Shown in pieces: positions 55,862 through 64,000 of a DNA stretch of 64,000 nucleotides. Location of the stretch: sequence record KP869111; one strand, given 5' to 3'. The notes under the pieces are model-generated. The model was not told the DNA's origin. It did no database searches and saw only the letters and a program-made list of their open reading frames with translations. A program made the position numbers and the translations under genes. How positions within the stretch are numbered: the first letter of the stretch is position 1; each line of letters starts with the position of its first letter. The DNA is from Escherichia coli O157 typing phage 13.

Positions 55862-56686
55862 ATGATGTTTGGTTATTTTTACAACTCGTCGTTCAGGCGA
55901 TATATCACAATGATGGGCGATTTGTTTTCAAATATCCAAGTTAACCGTCAATTGTCTACAGGCAATAAATTAATTAGAGTTCCTATCACGTATGCATCTA
56001 AAGAGCACTTTATGATGAAACTTAATAAATGGACCTCTATAAACTCACAAGAAGATGTGGCTAAAGTCGAAACTATCCTACCACGTATAAATCTCCAAAT
56101 GGTAGATTTCGTTTATAACCCGACGTTTAAAACGAATATATTGAATAACTCTCTTTTGAGTAAATCGACTAAGGATATTGTAGACCAATACAACCCATCA
56201 CCAATTAAAATGATTTTTGAACTGAGCATCTTTACTCGTTATGAAGATGATATGTTCCAAATCGTTGAGCAAATTATTCCATATTTTCAGCCACATTTTA
56301 ATACGACTATGATTGAGCAATATGGGCAGGATATTCCATTTGAAAGGGATATTAAGGTCGTATGGATGGCTGCGGCAATGGATGAACAAATAGATGGTGA
56401 TAATTTATCCCGTAGACGTTTAGAGTGGTCATTAACATTTGAAGTAAATGGATGGATGTATCCTCCGGTAGGCGCAGCAGAAGGTCTTATTAAAACGACT
56501 TATCTTGATTTTCATGCTAATGAACGAGACCTTCAAACAGCCGAAAGCGTTTTTGAATCAGTTGATACAGAAATTAAACCGAGAGACGTTGAAGTACAAG
56601 ATTGGAATGGTGAAGTTGAACAAACTTATACTCATGATATTCCAATTCCGACTCCACCAACCCCTCCTGGTCCTAGAAAACAATAA
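55862..56686 (+). CDS. 15: Tail sheath stabilizer and completion protein gp15
   Basis: 274 aa (T4 gp15 is 272 aa); synteny. Confidence 0.93.
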   Translation: MMFGYFYNSSFRRYITMMGDLFSNIQVNRQLSTGNKLIRVPITYASKEHFMMKLNKWTSINSQEDVAKVETILPRINLQMVDFVYNPTFKTNILNNSLLSKSTKDIVDQYNPSPIKMIFELSIFTRYEDDMFQIVEQIIPYFQPHFNTTMIEQYGQDIPFERDIKVVWMAAAMDEQIDGDNLSRRRLEWSLTFEVNGWMYPPVGAAEGLIKTTYLDFHANERDLQTAESVFESVDTEIKPRDVEVQDWNGEVEQTYTHDIPIPTPPTPPGPRKQ

Positions 56687-59012
<2,326 letters not shown>

Positions 59013-59039
59013 AAATAAAGCAAATTAAGAGGAATTAAA

Positions 59040-61022
59040 ATGTCACTTCTCTCTCCGGGCGTTGAGCTCAAAGAAACTACCGTACAGAGTACTGTAGTTA
59101 ATAACTCCACTGGTACTGCTGCCCTGGCTGGAAAATTCCAATGGGGCCCTGCATTCCAGATTAAACAAATCACTGATGAAGTTGCATTAGTTGATATGTT
59201 TGGTACTCCTAATACGGATACAGCAGATTATTTCATGTCTGCTATGAACTTCCTTCAATATGGTAATGACCTTCGTGTTGTACGCGCAGTTGACCGTGAT
59301 ACTGCTAAGAACTCATCTCCTGTAGCAGGCAATATTGAATTCACAATCTCTGCTGCTGGTAGTAACTATGCAGTTGGTGATAAAATTATCGTTAAGTATT
59401 TGACCGAAACTGTTGAAGCAGATGGTTATGTCACTTCGGTTGATGTCGATGGTAAAATTCTTAACATTTATATCCCAACCGGTAAAATTATTGCTCGTGC
59501 AAAAGAAATTAATGAATATCCGGCATTGGGTTCTAACTGGACCGCCGAAGTTGCCAGTTCTTCTTCTGGACTTTCTGGCGTTATTACAATTGGTTCTATC
59601 GTAACCGATTCGGGTATTCTGTTAACTGAAGTTGAAACTTCTGAAGAAGCTATTACTTCTCTAACTTTCCAAGAATCTATTAAAAAATATGGTGTCCCAG
59701 GCGTAGTTGCTCTTTATCCTGGTGAACTTGGCGACCAGCTCGAAATTGAAATCGTATCTAAAGCAGACTACGACAAAGGTGCTTCAGCCCAGTTAAAAAT
59801 TTATCCTGATGGTGGTACTCGCGCATCTACTGCTAAAGCAATCTTTGGGTATGGCCCACAAACTGATGACCAATATGCAATTATAGTTCGTCGTAACGAT
59901 GCTGTAGTTCAGAGCGTAGTTCTTTCTACTAAACGTGGTGAACGCGATATTTATGGTAGTAATATCTTTATTGATGATTTCTTTGCTAAAGGTGCAAGCA
60001 ATTATATTTTCGCTACTGCACAAGGTTGGCCAAAAGGTTTCTCTGGCGTAATCAAACTGGGTGGTGGCTTATCATCTAATGAAACGGTTGACGCTGGTGA
60101 TTTAATGGAAGCTTGGGATTTGTTTGCTGACCGCGAATCTGTTAATGCGCAGTTGTTTATTGCCGGTTCTTGTGCAGGTGAATCTTTAGAAGTTGCTTCT
60201 ACAGTTCAGAAACATGTTGTAGCAATTGGTGATTCTCGCCAAGATTGCTTGGTTCTTTGCTCACCACCACGTTCAACTATAGTCGGTATTCCTGTTAATC
60301 GTGCAGTTGATAATCTGGTTGATTGGCGTACTGCATCAGGAACTTACACTGATAATAACTTTAATGTAAGTTCTACTTATGCTGCTATTGACGGTAACTA
60401 TAAATATCAATATGACAAATATAATGACGTGAATCGTTGGGTTCCGTTAGCTGCTGATATTGCAGGTCTTTGTGCCCGTACAGACAATATTTCTCAGCCT
60501 TGGATGTCTCCGGCCGGTTATAACCGTGGACAAATTCTTAACGTTATTAAGCTTGCAATTGAAACTCGTCAACCACAACGTGATCGTTTGTATCAGGAAG
60601 CTATTAACCCTGTTACTGGTACCGGCGGTGACGGATATGTTCTGTATGGTGATAAAACTGCCACTTCCGTTCCTTCACCATTTGACCGTATTAACGTTCG
60701 TCGTTTGTTCAATATGGTTAAAACGAACATTGGTTCAGCATCTAAATATCGCCTGTTTGAATTGAACAACGCATTTACCCGTTCTTCTTTCCGTACAGAG
60801 ACTTCTCAATATCTACAGGGTATTAAAGCTCTCGGTGGTGTATATAACTTTAAAGTTGTTTGTGATACTACCAATAACACCCCAGCAGTTATCGACCGTA
60901 ATGAATTTGTAGCTACTTTCTACTTACAACCTGCCCGCTCGATAAATTATATTACGTTGAACTTTGTAGCAACAGCAACTGGTGCCGATTTCGACGAACT
61001 GATTGGTGCTGTAGGTGGTTAA
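59040..61022 (+). CDS. 18: Tail sheath protein gp18
   Basis: 660 aa (T4 gp18 is 659 aa); synteny. Confidence 0.95.
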   Translation: MSLLSPGVELKETTVQSTVVNNSTGTAALAGKFQWGPAFQIKQITDEVALVDMFGTPNTDTADYFMSAMNFLQYGNDLRVVRAVDRDTAKNSSPVAGNIEFTISAAGSNYAVGDKIIVKYLTETVEADGYVTSVDVDGKILNIYIPTGKIIARAKEINEYPALGSNWTAEVASSSSGLSGVITIGSIVTDSGILLTEVETSEEAITSLTFQESIKKYGVPGVVALYPGELGDQLEIEIVSKADYDKGASAQLKIYPDGGTRASTAKAIFGYGPQTDDQYAIIVRRNDAVVQSVVLSTKRGERDIYGSNIFIDDFFAKGASNYIFATAQGWPKGFSGVIKLGGGLSSNETVDAGDLMEAWDLFADRESVNAQLFIAGSCAGESLEVASTVQKHVVAIGDSRQDCLVLCSPPRSTIVGIPVNRAVDNLVDWRTASGTYTDNNFNVSSTYAAIDGNYKYQYDKYNDVNRWVPLAADIAGLCARTDNISQPWMSPAGYNRGQILNVIKLAIETRQPQRDRLYQEAINPVTGTGGDGYVLYGDKTATSVPSPFDRINVRRLFNMVKTNIGSASKYRLFELNNAFTRSSFRTETSQYLQGIKALGGVYNFKVVCDTTNNTPAVIDRNEFVATFYLQPARSINYITLNFVATATGADFDELIGAVGG

Positions 61023-61054
61023 TAAGACGCCTGATGGGCTATTTCGGTAGCCCA

Positions 61055-61062
61055 TATAAATA
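61055..61062 (+). promoter_or_regulatory. Late promoter TATAAATA (for gene 19), preceded by a hairpin
   Basis: Hairpin GGGCTA-TTTCGG-TAGCCC at about 61036-61053, then exact TATAAATA. Confidence 0.7.
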
Positions 61063-61134
61063 TACTATATCGTTTAAAAATTAATTCTATGGGCATCAGG
61101 TTAATCCTAAGCCCATATTACTACAGAGGCTAAT

Positions 61135-61626
61135 ATGTTTGTAGATGACGTAACTCGTGCCTTCGAATCTGGTGATTTCGCTCGCCCTAACCTGTTCGAA
61201 GTAGAAATCTCTTATCTTGGGCAAAACTTTAGCTTCCAGTGTCGTGCTACGGCTCTTCCTGCTGCGATCGTTGAAAAGGTTCCTGTTTCTTATATGAACC
61301 GTAAAATTAATGTGGCTGGTGACCGTACATTCGATGATTGGACTATTACAGTAATGAACGACGATGCTCATAGCATTCGTCAGAAATTTGTTGATTGGCA
61401 AGGTATTGCAGCAGGACAAGGTAATGAAATTACCGGTGGTAAACCTGCTGAATATAAAAAGACTGCTATCGTTCGTCAATTTGCTCGTGATGCTAAAACG
61501 GTCACTAAAGAAGTTGAAATTGTCGGCTTGTGGCCTACTAACGTTGGTGAAGTATCTCTTGACTGGGACAGTAATAACGAGATTGAAACGTTCGAAGTAA
61601 CTCTTGCTCTTGATTGGTGGGAATAA
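61135..61626 (+). CDS. 19: Tail tube protein gp19
   Basis: 163 aa; MFVDDVTRAFESGDFARPNLF... about 88 percent identical to recalled T4 gp19. Confidence 0.95.
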   Translation: MFVDDVTRAFESGDFARPNLFEVEISYLGQNFSFQCRATALPAAIVEKVPVSYMNRKINVAGDRTFDDWTITVMNDDAHSIRQKFVDWQGIAAGQGNEITGGKPAEYKKTAIVRQFARDAKTVTKEVEIVGLWPTNVGEVSLDWDSNNEIETFEVTLALDWWE

Positions 61627-61635
61627 TCTGGTTGG

Positions 61636-61649
61636 GGAGAAATCCCCAG
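61636..61649 (+). other. GAAA-tetraloop hairpin after gene 19
   Basis: GGGGA-GAAA-TCCCC. Confidence 0.45.
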
Positions 61650-61674
61650 CTTCCCGTGATGACGGAGAAGTCCA

Positions 61675-61682
61675 TATAAATA
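61675..61682 (+). promoter_or_regulatory. Late promoter TATAAATA (for gene 20)
   Basis: Exact TATAAATA 28 nt upstream of the gene 20 ATG. Confidence 0.7.
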
Positions 61683-61710
61683 TAACTATAATTCCCATTC
61701 GGAGAATACA

Positions 61711-63282
61711 ATGAAATTTAATATCTTAAGTTTGTTTGCTCCATGGGCAAAAATGGACGAACGTGATTACAAAGACCAAGAAAAAGAAAATTTAGAATCG
61801 ATCACCGCACCAAAATTAGACGACGGCGCTAAAGAATACGAAGTATCTGAAAATGAAGCACAGCAAACATATAATGCTATGTTTCAGAGAATGTTCGGTA
61901 GCCAAGAACCAGGGCTCAAATCAACGCGTGAATTAATCGATACGTATCGAAATTTGATGACGAACTATGAAGTGGATAATGCAGTCTCTGAAATAGTTTC
62001 CGATGCTATCGTATATGAAGATGATACAGAAGTCGTTTCTATAAATTTAGACAACACAAAATTTAGTCCAAATATCAAATCAATGATGTTGGATGAATTT
62101 AACGAAGTGTTAAATCATTTATCTTTCCAACGTAAAGGTTCAGACCATTTTAGACGTTGGTACGTAGATTCTCGAATTTTCTTCCATAAAATTATTGACC
62201 CTAAACGCCCTAAAGAAGGTATTAAAGAGCTTCGTCGTTTAGACCCACGTCAAGTTCAATATGTCCGTGAAGTTATTACAACCACTGAAGCTGGTGTTAA
62301 AATAGTCAAGGGTTATAAAGAATATTTCATTTATGACACATCACACGAATCTTATGCTTGTGATGGTCGCATATATGAAGCTGGCACAAAAATAAAAATC
62401 CCTAAAGCCGCGATTGTTTATGCCCATTCTGGTTTAGTTGATTGTTGTGGTAAAAATATCATTGGTTATTTGCATCGGGCTATTAAGCCGGCGAACCAAT
62501 TAAAACTTCTTGAAGATGCAGTCGTAATTTATCGTATTACTCGTGCTCCCGATCGTCGTGTATGGTACGTTGATACAGGTAATATGCCTTCAAGAAAAGC
62601 AGCAGAACATATGCAACATGTTATGAATACGATGAAAAACCGTATTGCATATGATGCTACTACAGGCAAGATTAAAAACCAGCAGCATATTATGTCGATG
62701 ACCGAAGATTATTGGTTACAACGACGTGATGGTAAAGCAGTAACAGAAGTTGATACATTACCAGGTGCAGATAATACCGGAAATATGGAAGATGTACGTT
62801 GGTTCCGTAATGCGCTTTATATGGCTTTACGTATTCCTATTACCCGTATTCCAAGTGACCAAGGTGGTATACAGTTTGATGCTGGTACTTCTATTACACG
62901 AGATGAATTATCATTTGGTAAATTTATTCGTGAGCTGCAACATAAATTTGAAGAGATATTCCTAGACCCGCTTAAAACTAATTTAATTCTTAAAGGAATT
63001 ATTACAGAAGATGAGTGGAATGATGAAATAAATAATATTAAGATAAAATTTCATCGGGATAGTTATTTCTCGGAATTAAAGGATGCTGAGATTCTGGAGC
63101 GTCGCATTAATATGCTTCAGATGGCCGAACCATTTATTGGTAAATATATTTCTCACAGAACAGCTATGAAAGATATTCTTCAGATGTCTGACGAGGAAAT
63201 TGAACAAGAGGCTAAGCAAATTGAAGAAGAGTCGAAAGAGGCTCGTTTCCAAGACCCCGACCAAGAACAAGAGGATTTTTAA
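61711..63282 (+). CDS. 20: Portal vertex protein gp20
   Basis: 523 aa (T4 gp20 is 524 aa); synteny. Confidence 0.95.
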   Translation: MKFNILSLFAPWAKMDERDYKDQEKENLESITAPKLDDGAKEYEVSENEAQQTYNAMFQRMFGSQEPGLKSTRELIDTYRNLMTNYEVDNAVSEIVSDAIVYEDDTEVVSINLDNTKFSPNIKSMMLDEFNEVLNHLSFQRKGSDHFRRWYVDSRIFFHKIIDPKRPKEGIKELRRLDPRQVQYVREVITTTEAGVKIVKGYKEYFIYDTSHESYACDGRIYEAGTKIKIPKAAIVYAHSGLVDCCGKNIIGYLHRAIKPANQLKLLEDAVVIYRITRAPDRRVWYVDTGNMPSRKAAEHMQHVMNTMKNRIAYDATTGKIKNQQHIMSMTEDYWLQRRDGKAVTEVDTLPGADNTGNMEDVRWFRNALYMALRIPITRIPSDQGGIQFDAGTSITRDELSFGKFIRELQHKFEEIFLDPLKTNLILKGIITEDEWNDEINNIKIKFHRDSYFSELKDAEILERRINMLQMAEPFIGKYISHRTAMKDILQMSDEEIEQEAKQIEEESKEARFQDPDQEQEDF

Positions 63283-63512
63283 TGGACGATTTAATTCAAG
63301 CTATTAAATCAAACGACCTCGTTGCTACTCGAAAGTTTTTTGAAAGTGCAATGGCAGAAAAAACGGTTCGTTTGATTGAAGCACGCAAAGCAGAAATCGC
63401 TTCTCAATTTTTGATTGAAGGCGAAGAACCTGAAGAAGAAAAGAAAGCTTCGGAAGACGACGCTGATGAAGGCGATGACGACGAAGACGAAGATGATGAG
63501 GACGATGAATAA
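63282..63512 (+). CDS. 67: Prohead core protein gp67
   Basis: 76 aa with a highly acidic C-terminus ([18 protein letters not shown]); synteny. Confidence 0.8.
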   Translation: MDDLIQAIKSNDLVATRKFFESAMAEKTVRLIEARKAEIASQFLIEGEEPEEEKKASEDDADEGDDDEDEDDEDDE

Positions 63513-63937
63513 TGTATCTTATCCCTGAATCTTATGAATTGGTACTCGAAAATGTCGAAGCACTTATTCCTGAAGCACAGGGCCGAATCGATGCATTGTC
63601 TTCTGCTCTCGATATTGACGATATAAATACTATTATCGAGAACATGCTTGAAACTGAAACGGATTTAGCTGTTGCAATGGCTTCCATTATTAATGAAGAA
63701 CAGTTAAACGAGTTTATCGTTAAACATGTTTCTTCTCGTGGTGAAGTCACCCGCACTAAAGACCGTAAAACTCGTGAACGTAACGCGTTCCAAACAACCG
63801 GTCTTTCTAAAGCAAAACGTAGACAAATCGCTCGTAAGGTCGTTAAAGCTAAAAAAGCTAACCCTTCAGGCCAAGTTAAAGGCTTGCGTAAGCGTAAAAA
63901 AGCTCTTAAACGTCGTAAAGCATTAGGATTAAGCTAA
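63512..63937 (+). CDS. 68: Prohead core protein gp68
   Basis: 141 aa, identical length to T4 gp68; basic C-terminus; synteny. Confidence 0.85.
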   Translation: MYLIPESYELVLENVEALIPEAQGRIDALSSALDIDDINTIIENMLETETDLAVAMASIINEEQLNEFIVKHVSSRGEVTRTKDRKTRERNAFQTTGLSKAKRRQIARKVVKAKKANPSGQVKGLRKRKKALKRRKALGLS

Positions 63938-64000
63938 TGAATAAACCCGAGTTACTTATTGAAACTTGGGGTCAACCCGGTGAGATTATTGATGGCGTTC
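63937..64000 (+). CDS. 21: Prohead core scaffold protein and protease gp21, N-terminal fragment (continues beyond window)
   Basis: ATG overlapping the gp68 stop gives [21 protein letters not shown], matching recalled T4 gp21 N-terminus. Confidence 0.75.
   Translation, partial: MNKPELLIETWGQPGEIIDGV

Overview
This window reads as a contiguous segment of a T4-like (Tevenvirinae-type) myovirus genome, collinear with phage T4 but clearly not T4 itself. All identifications rest on reading the six-frame translations against T4 protein sequences recalled from memory; no database search was run. Positions 1-38319 are a minus-strand block of early/middle genes: regA (partial), clamp loader 62/44, clamp 45, rpbA, 46/47 recombination nuclease, late sigma factor 55, nrdH-like, nrdG, nrdD, endonuclease VII (49), nrdC, rI, tk, regB, denV, lysozyme e, nudE, an ipI-like gene, 57B (Acb1-like 2H phosphoesterase), 57A, and genes 1, 3, 2, 4. 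These are interleaved with roughly 60 small or unknown ORFs in the hyperplastic regions. Positions 38381-64000 are a plus-strand late structural block: 53, 5, 5.1, 5.4, 6-12, wac, 13-20, 67, 68 and the start of 21. Regulatory signals visible in the sequence include T4-type late promoters (TATAAATA), early promoters (GTTTAC-N17/18-TAnnAT) embedded in repeated intergenic cassettes, hairpin terminators, and inverted repeats that would sequester ribosome-binding sites. The most interesting candidates are a membrane protein / nucleotidyltransferase / secreted protein / AAA-ATPase cluster (20518-23374), three tandem coiled-coil genes with their own promoters (16426-19443), a macrodomain-like ORF, three internal-protein-like genes carrying the capsid-targeting leader, and several small ORFs under 60 aa that the ORF track omits. 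There are three N-masked runs. One displayed sequence line (10501) appears to have 59 characters and the track coordinate for the ORF ending at 10467 differs by 1 from label-based counting, so coordinates I derived myself may be off by 1 nt.
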